From NCBI GenBank assembly GCA_963725285.1, contig CAVRXT010000012.1, positions 91,265-155,264 of the forward strand: a stretch of 64,000 nt of DNA, read 5' to 3'. The first letter of the stretch is position 1, and each line of letters starts with the position of its first letter. Shown here piece by piece: positions 10,733 to 18,697 of this stretch. The position numbers were made by a program, and so were the translations under genes. The notes under the pieces were generated by a model, which was not told the DNA's origin, did no database searches, and saw only the letters and a program-made list of their open reading frames with translations. The stretch comes from an uncultured Acidobacteriota bacterium (GTDB lineage Bacteria; Acidobacteriota; Terriglobia; Acidiferrales; UBA7541).

Positions 10733-11137
10733 TCATCCATGATTGAATCCCGCCAGAAGGTGTGGGGGCATCGTTAGGGACACGCGGCTCACGCCTACGG
10801 CTTGCGTCAACAGAGGAAACAGAATCGAGGACATCGACTGAGATTCCTCCGAACTTAGCTTCGAATTTGCTTTCACGGACAACAGTTCATCGACAAGGTC
10901 GGCCAAGCCAAGCGCGTGAACCACGGGGCCGTCCAAAAATACGGCACGCGGAAGCTGGTCGCCCCACTGCGCGTCTTGGCGGTAGACGGCGACCTCATCC
11001 CAATCAATGCCATGTTGGTTACAGCAGCGTGGCCGGGGATGCTCCGAGTCGGATTTCAGGCGGCGTGCCAGTTGTGCCGCAAATAGATGGTTCTTGTCCC
11101 AATACTGCGTGACTCTCGGGTCGGAGAGACGCGCCAT
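10733..11137 (-). CDS. Hypothetical protein (possible thiol-redox accessory of the metal operon)
   Basis: An ORF follows the MerT-like gene on the same strand. The start is ambiguous: 11194 is listed, and ATG 11137 (MARLSDPRVTQYW) is plausible. Contains a CC pair (CCNQHG). Confidence 0.35.
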   Translation of the reverse strand: MARLSDPRVTQYWDKNHLFAAQLARRLKSDSEHPRPRCCNQHGIDWDEVAVYRQDAQWGDQLPRAVFLDGPVVHALGLADLVDELLSVKANSKLSSEESQSMSSILFPLLTQAVGVSRVSLTMPPHLLAGFNHG

Positions 11138-11211
11138 TACTCCTTGTGCTCGGACTGGAATAGTCTGTCGGCAGAATTGGTTCCCACACCGCAAACACGC
11201 GAATGCGCGGG

Positions 11212-11721
11212 TCAGGATTTTGCTTTAGCACATCCTGAACTGCGGAGGCCCCCCGCAGACATGTTGGTCAAGTCGGCGAAAGCAGCAGGACTATACGCAC
11301 GTCTCCCGACGCCGCGTTGAATGCCGCACGCAGTTGGTCGAAGTTCTCTGACACTAGATAGGACGAGAGGCGGCTGCCCGGCTGGAACTCTTTGCTGGCT
11401 CGAAATATCCGCCAGCAAGCCCGCCAGCATTTGAGGGAAGAACAGCAGAAAGACAACCAGCACCGCCGCCAAGCCCAAGAGGATAAGTGCAGTCCTGCTT
11501 TGCCGCGTTCGACATTTCATACCTCGATAGACTTGAAAAAATCCCGCCCCGAGCATGATAACGGAAAGCCCTAGAAGCCAAGGACGAGCGGCGTTCAGGA
11601 AGACAGAAGCCCCGGCCAGCCCGGCTGCACCCAAGAACGGCAAGGGGAGGCAACATCCCAGCGTGAGGAGCGAGGAGACCATCGCACCCAACGACGCGGC
11701 GATTGTCTTTCCACTCGCCAT
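11212..11721 (-). CDS. MerT-like heavy-metal (mercuric) transport membrane protein
   Basis: TM1 carries a Cys pair (LLTLGCCLPLPFLGAAG). TM2 ends in ...FQVYRG and a third TM follows, giving MerT topology. An extra ~60-aa C-terminal tail is present. Confidence 0.5.
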   Translation of the reverse strand: MASGKTIAASLGAMVSSLLTLGCCLPLPFLGAAGLAGASVFLNAARPWLLGLSVIMLGAGFFQVYRGMKCRTRQSRTALILLGLAAVLVVFLLFFPQMLAGLLADISSQQRVPAGQPPLVLSSVRELRPTACGIQRGVGRRAYSPAAFADLTNMSAGGLRSSGCAKAKS

Positions 11722-12035
11722 CAGACCTCCAAATTACGTTCCCTTCGGATGGCGTCGCGCAGTCTCTGATGAGACGGAGCGCCATTGCCATCCGCATAAA
11801 GGCGACACATCAATCCGAAAGAACCGGTCTGTACCTCTTCGGGTTCAATGTCGCGGCCATTTATGCGGATGGTTGGTGAGCCGGGAAATCTCAGCGATTG
11901 AGCCATCGCTGCGCTGGTCACCAAGACCTCATTTAGATGCGCTTCGAGACTCTCCCCCGCGAGAATTTCACGTAGCTGTTCAAGGGCGACAGCATGATTT
12001 GGACAGTTCGGGACGTACAGGACTTCAATTTTCAT
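11721..12035 (-). CDS. Thioredoxin-like small protein with a CPNH (CxxC-like) motif
   Basis: The N-terminus is MKIEVLYVPNCPNH. It is translationally coupled to the MerR gene (TGA/ATG overlap at 12032-12035) and to the MerT-like gene. Confidence 0.5.
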   Translation of the reverse strand: MKIEVLYVPNCPNHAVALEQLREILAGESLEAHLNEVLVTSAAMAQSLRFPGSPTIRINGRDIEPEEVQTGSFGLMCRLYADGNGAPSHQRLRDAIRRERNLEV

Positions 12036-12460
12036 CCAGCCCCCTCATGCTTGGAACCATTATAAGCAGTCAGAACCGGGCAACGACCGTTTTGCTTTCC
12101 ACGCGGACGCCTCAGTTGGGAGTTGCACTTTGCCAGCGCATCCTTCAATTCCGCTTCTAGCTTGGCGAGGGCAACGCGCTTTGCGTGAATATCGTGCAGT
12201 TTGTGGTCAAGCATCTTCTGCACTTCGAAGCACGCTCGACGGTCATTGCTTCGGAGCGAGAGGAACTCACGAATTTCGTTCAGAGAAAATCCGAGAGCCT
12301 GCAAACTGCGGATGAATTGCAAGGTTGAAAGGTCGGTTGAAGAATAGAGCCGAAAACCGCCTTCGCTGCGCGGGGGCGCTGAGAGAAGGCCACTCCGCTC
12401 GTAGAACCGTATGGCATCTATGCTTACTCCGACCCGTTTCGAGATTTGACCGATTTGCAT
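12032..12460 (-). CDS. MerR-family metal-responsive transcriptional regulator
   Basis: HTH MQIGQISKRVGVSIDAIRFYERSGLL, a coiled-coil dimerisation helix, and C-terminal Cys residues (CNSQ...GRCP). ATG 12460 is the likely start (12496 is listed). Confidence 0.8.
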   Translation of the reverse strand: MQIGQISKRVGVSIDAIRFYERSGLLSAPPRSEGGFRLYSSTDLSTLQFIRSLQALGFSLNEIREFLSLRSNDRRACFEVQKMLDHKLHDIHAKRVALAKLEAELKDALAKCNSQLRRPRGKQNGRCPVLTAYNGSKHEGAG

Positions 12461-12494
12461 GGACTCATACCGCCTGCGGCTCATCCACCCCTCC

Positions 12495-12530
12495 AACGCT
12501 ACACCCTAGAGTCTAGTCCAGAGTCAAGCC
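12495..12530 (-). promoter_or_regulatory. Candidate MerR-type promoter/operator. The -35 is TTGACT, followed by a long ~20-bp spacer that contains the palindrome CTAGACTCTAG.
   Basis: Minus-strand sequence reads TTGACT-CTGGACTAGACTCTAGGGTG-TAGCGT, about 35 nt upstream of the MerR ATG. The 11-bp palindrome (12506-12516) is centred in the spacer, as at MerR-family promoters. Confidence 0.35.
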
Positions 12531-13075
12531 CAAATCGTCCAAAACGAAAGCGCCCCGGCATACTATTGCTGTCCGCGCCGGGGCACGGGAAGCCTGCAAT
12601 GCGAATCGTCGGTCTTACGAAGGCGAAGGGGGCGTTATGAACTGGATTCGGATGGCATTGACGGTGTTTGCCGGGGGGCTGGTGGCATCGCTCACCGATT
12701 GGTTGTTCATGGACGATTGGCTCTACAAGCGATATAACCGAGATTCGATTGGGCAAAGGTTGTGGAGCGGCTTACCGAAGAGGAAGGTAGCTCGAAGCGA
12801 AGTCGCAGACGCTAGGGAATCGCGTCGTGAAAACCTCTCGCCGACTCGTGCTGTCACGCTCTCTGTAGCGACTCACCTTCCCGCTGCTCCGGCCCTTGAA
12901 TCTCGTTGCCGTCGAGAAGAATCGGTCAACACTTGTTACTGTTGCCCAACTGTTGCCCAATGCTTGACTACGAATGACAGTTGGCGATAGTGTGTGACCG
13001 ATTCGCGGATGGTTAACTGTAGCGACTGCAATAAAAGGCCCATTCTTATTGGTGTTGTTCGAGGTAGGTAGCCAA

Positions 13076-13092
13076 TCCCGTTAGCGCTACCA
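13076..13092 (+). repeat. attR-like 17-bp direct repeat of the tRNA-Glu 3' end
   Basis: TCCCGTTAGCGCTACCA is identical to 8736-8752. Confidence 0.6.
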
Positions 13093-13130
13093 TGTTTTCA
13101 TAAACTTGCCGTCTTCTTGCGCGCCCATCT

Positions 13131-13580
13131 ATGACTGAATCGAAATATCCAACTTTTGAGGCCCTCGATCCGTTCTTTGACATTGTCGTAGAAGGGCTGG
13201 CTGGACTTGTGGACGGCAAACATTTCTTCGATACGATTGCCGAGGATGCAGTTTTCGATTTCCGTTACGACTTTCCCGGCTGGCCTCGGACGATTCGTGG
13301 GCGAACCGCGCTGATGGATCAGTTTTCGGGATACGGCAGGTCGATAAATCTGCACTCGGCCGATGGGCTTGTGGTGCACTTCTCTCACGATAGTCGCGTG
13401 GTGATCCTCGAATACGAGGTGCACGGCGAGGTTCTTGCGACTGGGGTGTCGTATGATAATAGGTTCATCTCGGTCATCACGATAGCGAACCGAAAAGTGG
13501 TGCACTGGATAGACTACATGGACTCGCTGGCCGCGTGGACGGCGTTGAACGGCAAGAAAGCTCCAACCACAACTCCATAA
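13131..13580 (+). CDS. SnoaL-like / NTF2-like domain protein
   Basis: 149 aa with an alpha+beta cone-fold sequence pattern (DFRYDFPGW...VILEYEVHGEV...VHWIDYMD). Confidence 0.55.
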   Translation: MTESKYPTFEALDPFFDIVVEGLAGLVDGKHFFDTIAEDAVFDFRYDFPGWPRTIRGRTALMDQFSGYGRSINLHSADGLVVHFSHDSRVVILEYEVHGEVLATGVSYDNRFISVITIANRKVVHWIDYMDSLAAWTALNGKKAPTTTP

Positions 13581-13990
13581 ATCCGATCCGCGAAGCGCGC
13601 GGCCAACGTCTACTTCGTATCGAACGCACTTTGTTCATCTGCTCAAAGGTCAGTTGCGGTAGTTGCATGCCAGCCGACAGCCGCTCGGTTGGCGCTCCGA
13701 CCGAAGCGTTTTAACTCTTTGAAAAACCGCAGCTTCCAGCTTTCCTGACCAGGTAAACCCGTGCGGAGAATAGCTCCGGCCCGTTCCGCTCATAAGAACG
13801 ACGGCGGCATCCAAAAAAAGCCAAGTAAAATGCGTAGAGAACCCAGGTGTGAACCGACACCTGGGGCACTTCACTTCGCTCGGCTACCCAACTGCAAGAA
13901 TTCCGCACCCTTAACGGCGACGGGTGCGCCACCCGGTTTCAGGCGAAGGCTAGGGTCCGGCCACGCCCTCCGTTCCGGCATTAATATGTC

Positions 13991-14022
13991 TTGACACGTA
14001 TATACGTGTTAGAGTATATAAA
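13991..14022 (+). promoter_or_regulatory. Promoter with a perfect 16-bp palindrome operator (ACACGTATATACGTGT), probably autoregulated by ArsR
   Basis: The -35 is TTGACA at 13991-13996. The palindrome is at 13994-14009 and the -10 is TATATA/TATAAA at 14015-14022, giving an 18-nt spacer. Confidence 0.45.
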
Positions 14023-14026
14023 GAGC

Positions 14027-14410
14027 GTGGAATCTGTTTTTGAAATCATTGCGGAGCCGAACCGCCGCGCGATACTCAGCTTGCTGGTGTCGGCACAACC
14101 GTCGGTGGGCGAGATCGAGCGCCAATTGGGTATGACCCAGCCGACGGTGTCCAAGCACCTGCGGGTGTTGCGTGAGGGCGGCTTCGTGGAGTCTACGGTG
14201 GACGCACAGCGCCGTCTCTACCGGCTGAAACCCGAATCACTGCAGGAGCTCGATGCCTGGCTGGCTCCGTTCCGGCGGTTCTGGTCCGCTCACCTGGATG
14301 CTCTGGAGCGTCACCTCGACCGCATGGATGAACCCACGCCAAGCAAAGGGAAGACCAGGAGAAAACGACGCGGCCCAAACCGCGAGCGTGACAAAGGAGA
14401 AGCGAAATGA
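14027..14410 (+). CDS. ArsR/SmtB-family transcriptional regulator
   Basis: HTH LGMTQPTVSKHLRVLREGGFV. The listed TTG 13991 start would make the operator coding. GTG 14027 (VESVFEIIAEPNRRAIL) is more plausible and would give a leaderless or short-leader mRNA. Confidence 0.75.
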   Translation: MESVFEIIAEPNRRAILSLLVSAQPSVGEIERQLGMTQPTVSKHLRVLREGGFVESTVDAQRRLYRLKPESLQELDAWLAPFRRFWSAHLDALERHLDRMDEPTPSKGKTRRKRRGPNRERDKGEAK

Positions 14411-14799
14411 AGATCAAAGTGATGAGTGTCTACGTAGATGACCAAGCCAAGGCTCTGCGTTTCTATACCGAAGTGCTGGGTTTTGCCAAGAAGGCCGATT
14501 TCAGCAATGGACCATATCGCTGGCTCACCGTGGCCTCGCCCGAAGAGCCGAATGGCACCGAGCTGCAGCTTGCGCTGAACAACAACCCCGCGGCGCAAAC
14601 CTACCAGCAGGCGATTTTTCAGCAGGGCCAGCCCGCGGCGATGTTCTTCACTTCCGACGTCAAGGGCGACTACGAACGGATCAAGGCCCGCGGCGCAGAG
14701 TTCACCATGCCGCCCACCGACGTGCCCGGCTCGACCATTGCGGTGCTGAAGGACACCTGCGGCAATCTGATTCAGCTCAACCAGGTGGCCCATTACTAA
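14407..14799 (+). CDS. VOC-family (glyoxalase/bleomycin-resistance fold) protein
   Basis: 130 aa with the VOC-fold pattern. Coupled to ArsR by an ATGA overlap. Confidence 0.8.
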   Translation: MKIKVMSVYVDDQAKALRFYTEVLGFAKKADFSNGPYRWLTVASPEEPNGTELQLALNNNPAAQTYQQAIFQQGQPAAMFFTSDVKGDYERIKARGAEFTMPPTDVPGSTIAVLKDTCGNLIQLNQVAHY

Positions 14800-14842
14800 G
14801 GCCACGCAGCACGATGTCAGCTCGTAGAAGGCGAGGAAAAAC

Positions 14843-15400
14843 ATGACCCATCTCGAGCAGTACGCACCGGGTCCCGCCCGCGGGGCGCAGATTCGAAAGG
14901 ACGGTGAGAAGTGGACGCTCATTGTCGTTAGAGAACTGCGCCACTCGCCGGAAAAAGTCTGGCAGGCGCTTACCGACCCAGCGCATCTGCGTGAGTGGGC
15001 TCCCTACCAAGCCGATGGGAGACTGGGTACGGTAGGAAACACGGTGAAGCTCACCACGTTGGGAACGCCGACTCCGAACGTTTCCGAAGCAATCGTAAAG
15101 CGAGCCGACGCTCCCAAGGTGCTTGAGCACACTTGGGGGGACCACGATCTCCGGTGGGAACTCGAAGCCTTTGGTGACGGCACGCGTCTGACGCTGTGGC
15201 ACAACATCGATCGCCGCTTCATCTCCTGGGGCGCCGCGGGCTGGCATATTTCTTTCGATGTACTGGATCGGCTTCTCAGCGGAACTCCCATCGTCCGCGG
15301 CGAGGCGATGAAGTCCGGCTGGCAGCGGCTGAACGCGGAGTACGCCCAGCAGTTCCGTACAGAAATGCCCGACGGGCCGCCCAACGCCCCGAAGCGTTGA
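14843..15400 (+). CDS. SRPBCC / AHSA1 (activator of Hsp90 ATPase homolog)-like protein
   Basis: Typical ArsR-associated SRPBCC sequence (WTLIVVRELRHSPEKVWQALTDPAHLREW). Confidence 0.7.
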   Translation: MTHLEQYAPGPARGAQIRKDGEKWTLIVVRELRHSPEKVWQALTDPAHLREWAPYQADGRLGTVGNTVKLTTLGTPTPNVSEAIVKRADAPKVLEHTWGDHDLRWELEAFGDGTRLTLWHNIDRRFISWGAAGWHISFDVLDRLLSGTPIVRGEAMKSGWQRLNAEYAQQFRTEMPDGPPNAPKR

Positions 15401-15483
15401 AGCGCACCGCGCCGGATGCTTTCATTTGCGGACGTTGCGGGTTACGCTGAGCGCAGCGAAATTAGCTGCAAGAGGAGCTGTAC

Positions 15484-15924
15484 ATGAAAAAGTCCGTGTT
15501 GGCCGCATCTGCCTCTGCGTTAATCGACGAGAAGATCAAGGAACTGGGGGACTGGCGCGGGAAGACCTTCGCGAAAGTCCGCGAGATCGTCCACCGGGCC
15601 GACCCGGAGATCGTTGAAGAATTGAAGTGGAGGGGGACGCCGGTGTGGTCCCACGGCGGCATCGTCTGCACCGGGGAGACGTACAAGAGCGTCGTCAAAA
15701 TGACGTTTGCCAAGGGAGCTGCGTTGAAGGACCCTGCAGGTCTATTCAATTCGAGCCTCGAGGGGAATGTCCGGCGCGCCATCGACATCCATGAAGGTGA
15801 GAAGGTCAATCAGGCGGCGTTGAAGGATCTTATCCGCGCGGCGGTGGCGCTTAATCTTGAGGGCAAGAGCAAGCCCAAGAATAAGCCAACCACCCCGCGA
15901 GCGAACCGCCAGCGGCCCGCTTAG
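15484..15924 (+). CDS. DUF1801 (YdhG/YdeI-like) domain protein
   Basis: 146 aa with DUF1801-like conservation (KTFAKVREIVHRADPEIVEELKW). Confidence 0.65.
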   Translation: MKKSVLAASASALIDEKIKELGDWRGKTFAKVREIVHRADPEIVEELKWRGTPVWSHGGIVCTGETYKSVVKMTFAKGAALKDPAGLFNSSLEGNVRRAIDIHEGEKVNQAALKDLIRAAVALNLEGKSKPKNKPTTPRANRQRPA

Positions 15925-16183
15925 TTTCATCGCAAATACCAGTCCTATCCCCATTTCACGAATCGATTTTTTTCTCCGGTCGGCACCTCGCCAATAGACA
16001 TTGGCCCGTGTCTCCGTCGCAACTTTAGCGTCGCAAATCGTCTCGAAATTTGATGGCCTAGGGACTTCCCTGTAGGTGCCGTTATGTAACGTTTCTACCC
16101 TTCGCTCGTGCCCAGTTAGGGAGAGCTAATCCCAAAGCTCCATTAAGATAATGACAATAAATTACTTAGGTATGCTCCCGCCC

Positions 16184-16199
16184 TGGCGCTGCGAATGCA
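16184..16199 (+). promoter_or_regulatory. Candidate sigma-54 (-24/-12) promoter for the minor-pilin operon
   Basis: TGGCGC-TGCGA-ATGCA matches TGGCAC-N5-TTGCA with the exact GG-N10-GC spacing. It sits ~55 nt upstream of the first pilin start in a 330-bp AT-rich gap. rpoN is encoded in the same window. Confidence 0.4.
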
Positions 16200-16251
16200 C
16201 TAGTAATGGCGAAACTGATGCCGCGGAGCCTACTGCGGGATCGCGAGGTGG

Positions 16252-16902
16252 ATGGTGGCAGTGACGAACAACGGATCGAGCGGCACCAGAGTGGCCCGCC
16301 AAGAGGCTGATCGAGGATTCTCAGTTCTCGAGTTGTTGATGGTGGTGGTGGTCAGCCTGATCATCGGGGGCATGGCGGTTACCAGGATCATTCCCAACCT
16401 CCAGAATTCCCGCGGCGACGTCGCGATGTTGCAGCTCGAGGGGCAACTGCGGCAAGCGCGTGAATACGCGATTGAGAACCGGCGATACGTGCAAGTGACG
16501 TTTCCGACCGCCATCGTCGGTGGGCAGACCCAATCGCAGATCGTGATGACCCAGAAGAATTCGCTCACCGCCAACGCCGGTGCCGACAACGTTTTGAGCA
16601 CTGTGCCGATCGAAGAGCCCGTGCAGTTTTACCTGTACACCGGGGTGATCGATACTCCGGACGCCTTCGGGAATTCCGCCGCGGTCTATTTTGAGAACAC
16701 CTCCGGCGGGCCGAGCGGGGGAATGTTTTTCCAGAACGACGGGGAACTGGTGGACGGCAGCACCTATCAGCCGATCAACGGGACCGTGTTCCTGGGAGTA
16801 TCGACGCTCACTAACACAGCGGCGCGAGCGATTACCGTGTTGGGCGCCACCGGACGAATCCGAGCATGGAAATTCAATGGTTCTGCATGGAGCCAACAGT
16901 GA
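16252..16902 (+). CDS. Prepilin-type minor pilin/pseudopilin (FimU/GspH-like)
   Basis: Class III signal: a basic leader then G^FSVLELLMVVVV (Phe+1, Glu+5). Confidence 0.75.
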   Translation: MVAVTNNGSSGTRVARQEADRGFSVLELLMVVVVSLIIGGMAVTRIIPNLQNSRGDVAMLQLEGQLRQAREYAIENRRYVQVTFPTAIVGGQTQSQIVMTQKNSLTANAGADNVLSTVPIEEPVQFYLYTGVIDTPDAFGNSAAVYFENTSGGPSGGMFFQNDGELVDGSTYQPINGTVFLGVSTLTNTAARAITVLGATGRIRAWKFNGSAWSQQ

Positions 16903-16910
16903 CGAACGCG

Positions 16911-17480
16911 ATGAGGTACTTGCGCGCAACACATTCGAATCGAGCCCGGCCGCGGACCGCGGGCTTTACGTTGATGGAAACCCTGATCGCCCTGTTCGTG
17001 CTGGCGGTCGGTGTGCTGGGCCTGGCGGCGATGCTGGCTGACGCGCTCTCGTACATGGCCGCGTCGCAAGACGATTTCATCGCTCAGCAAAAGGCCGAGG
17101 AAGCGGTGGAAACGATCTTCACCGCCAAATACAACGGGAACATCACCTGGAACCAGGTGTCCAACTACAACAGCACCTCCAGTCCGCAGGGACTGTTTCT
17201 TACCGGCCCGCAGCCGCTGCTGCAGCCGGGTCCCGACGGTTTGGTGGGATCCGTCAACGATACCGCGGCACTGCCGGACTACATCATCTATCCCGGAGCG
17301 GACGGGATGCTAGGAACTGCGGACGACGTGAACGCGCCGCTCAGCAATTTCACGCGCACCATCACCATCTCCGCGATCACCGGGGAGCAGAACCTGCGCA
17401 CCGTCCAGGTGGTCGTCAACTACAGCACCGGAAAATTTACGCGCAGCTTCACGCTGAACACGGACATTTCCGCTTATTAG
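16911..17480 (+). CDS. Prepilin-type minor pilin (PilV-like)
   Basis: Leader MRYLRATHSNRARPRTAG^FTLMETLIALFVL. The start at ATG 16911 overlaps the preceding stop. Confidence 0.7.
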   Translation: MRYLRATHSNRARPRTAGFTLMETLIALFVLAVGVLGLAAMLADALSYMAASQDDFIAQQKAEEAVETIFTAKYNGNITWNQVSNYNSTSSPQGLFLTGPQPLLQPGPDGLVGSVNDTAALPDYIIYPGADGMLGTADDVNAPLSNFTRTITISAITGEQNLRTVQVVVNYSTGKFTRSFTLNTDISAY

Positions 17481-17498
17481 CGCGGTGAGGAGCCAGGA

Positions 17499-18644
17499 AT
17501 GAAGCGCCAAAAAGGATTTACGCTAGTCGAAATGATGGTGGCCACCGCGATTCTGATTGCGACGGTATCGGCGGCGGTGGTCGCGCTGGTGCAGGCGCAA
17601 CGCGCCACCCAGGGCATCACCTTGCTGGCGTCCACCCAGCAAAACCTCCGAGCGGGAATGCATTTCCTGGTCCGCGATCTTACCCAGGCGGGCGCGGGCA
17701 TCCCGCAGGGCGGCGTTACAATTCCGAACAACTCGTCATCACTATCGAACCTGAACCGTCCCGGCACCATCCCGCAGATCATATTTCCCAACACCTATAG
17801 CGTGTTGCCGCCAATCGTCCCGGGCAACACCCTGGGCCAATTGGCAACCTCGGTGAACCCCACGACCCTGGCGGTGCTGACCGGTCACAACACCGACATC
17901 ATCAACATCATGTATGCCGATAACACCTTGACGGACATCAGCGGCAACTCTTTGAATTCCTATCCAATCATCCAGGCCTCACCCTCAACCCCGGTGTGCG
18001 CCGGTGTGATTACTTCGAGTTCGGTGACCCTGGCGAGCGCTTGTTTCACCATGCCGGGAACCCCGCAAACAGTTCCGGTCGCGGTCGGCAACCTGATGAT
18101 GTTCACGGGCAGCACTGGCAACACCCTTGGATACGTTACCGCGGTGGCAGGTCAGGTGATCTCTTTTGGGTCGGGTGATCCGGCGAACTTGAACGGTACC
18201 GGCGCCGCGAACGGCACGTTGGCGAAATTGGTTGCCGCCGGCGGTCCGATAACCATGACCCGGATCTGGATGATTAGCTATTACATCGATACGGTCACCA
18301 ATCCTTCGCGTCCGCAATTGATCCGTCAGGTGAATTGGCCAGGTTATCCGGCCTCCGGTCCAGCAAACCCCCCAAGCGTACTGGCCGACGTAATTGAAGA
18401 CCTGCAATTAACCTACGATATTTCAAGTTCCACGGCGGCGGCCGGTTCGTACCCCAATGGAGCGGGAAATGCGCCCGCACCGGTCTTGCCGGATACCGCC
18501 GCGCAAATCCGCGCCATTAATATTTACCTGGCGGCGCGTTCAGAAACTCCCTACGCCGCCACCCAGCAATTCTTTCGCAACAACCTGGTCACCCAGGTGT
18601 GCGTGCGTAGTCTGGCGTTCGTTCCGCCATTTACCGTTAATTGA
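17499..18644 (+). CDS. Prepilin-type minor pilin (PilW-like)
   Basis: Leader MKRQKG^FTLVEMMVATAIL. 381 aa. A GAGGAG RBS is present. Confidence 0.7.
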   Translation: MKRQKGFTLVEMMVATAILIATVSAAVVALVQAQRATQGITLLASTQQNLRAGMHFLVRDLTQAGAGIPQGGVTIPNNSSSLSNLNRPGTIPQIIFPNTYSVLPPIVPGNTLGQLATSVNPTTLAVLTGHNTDIINIMYADNTLTDISGNSLNSYPIIQASPSTPVCAGVITSSSVTLASACFTMPGTPQTVPVAVGNLMMFTGSTGNTLGYVTAVAGQVISFGSGDPANLNGTGAANGTLAKLVAAGGPITMTRIWMISYYIDTVTNPSRPQLIRQVNWPGYPASGPANPPSVLADVIEDLQLTYDISSSTAAAGSYPNGAGNAPAPVLPDTAAQIRAINIYLAARSETPYAATQQFFRNNLVTQVCVRSLAFVPPFTVN

Positions 18645-18697
18645 TCGCAGGTAGGTCGGTTGCGCGAAGGTACCGGAATCGTTAAAGGAGATAAGCC

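Larger units (their letters stand above)
8753..13092. mobile_element. ~4.3-kb tRNA-Glu-associated genomic islet (integrase remnant plus metal-resistance genes), bounded by 17-bp direct repeats
   Basis: The tRNA 3' end TCCCGTTAGCGCTACCA (8736-8752) is repeated exactly at 13076-13092. Genes in between have lower GC and AT-rich codons. An integrase fragment abuts the tRNA. Confidence 0.55.

Noticed and set aside
12637-12990. 117-aa + ORF divergent from merR
   Set aside because: Only the first ~40 codons look protein-like. The rest is low-complexity and runs into the attR repeat. It is possibly a decayed gene and was not called.
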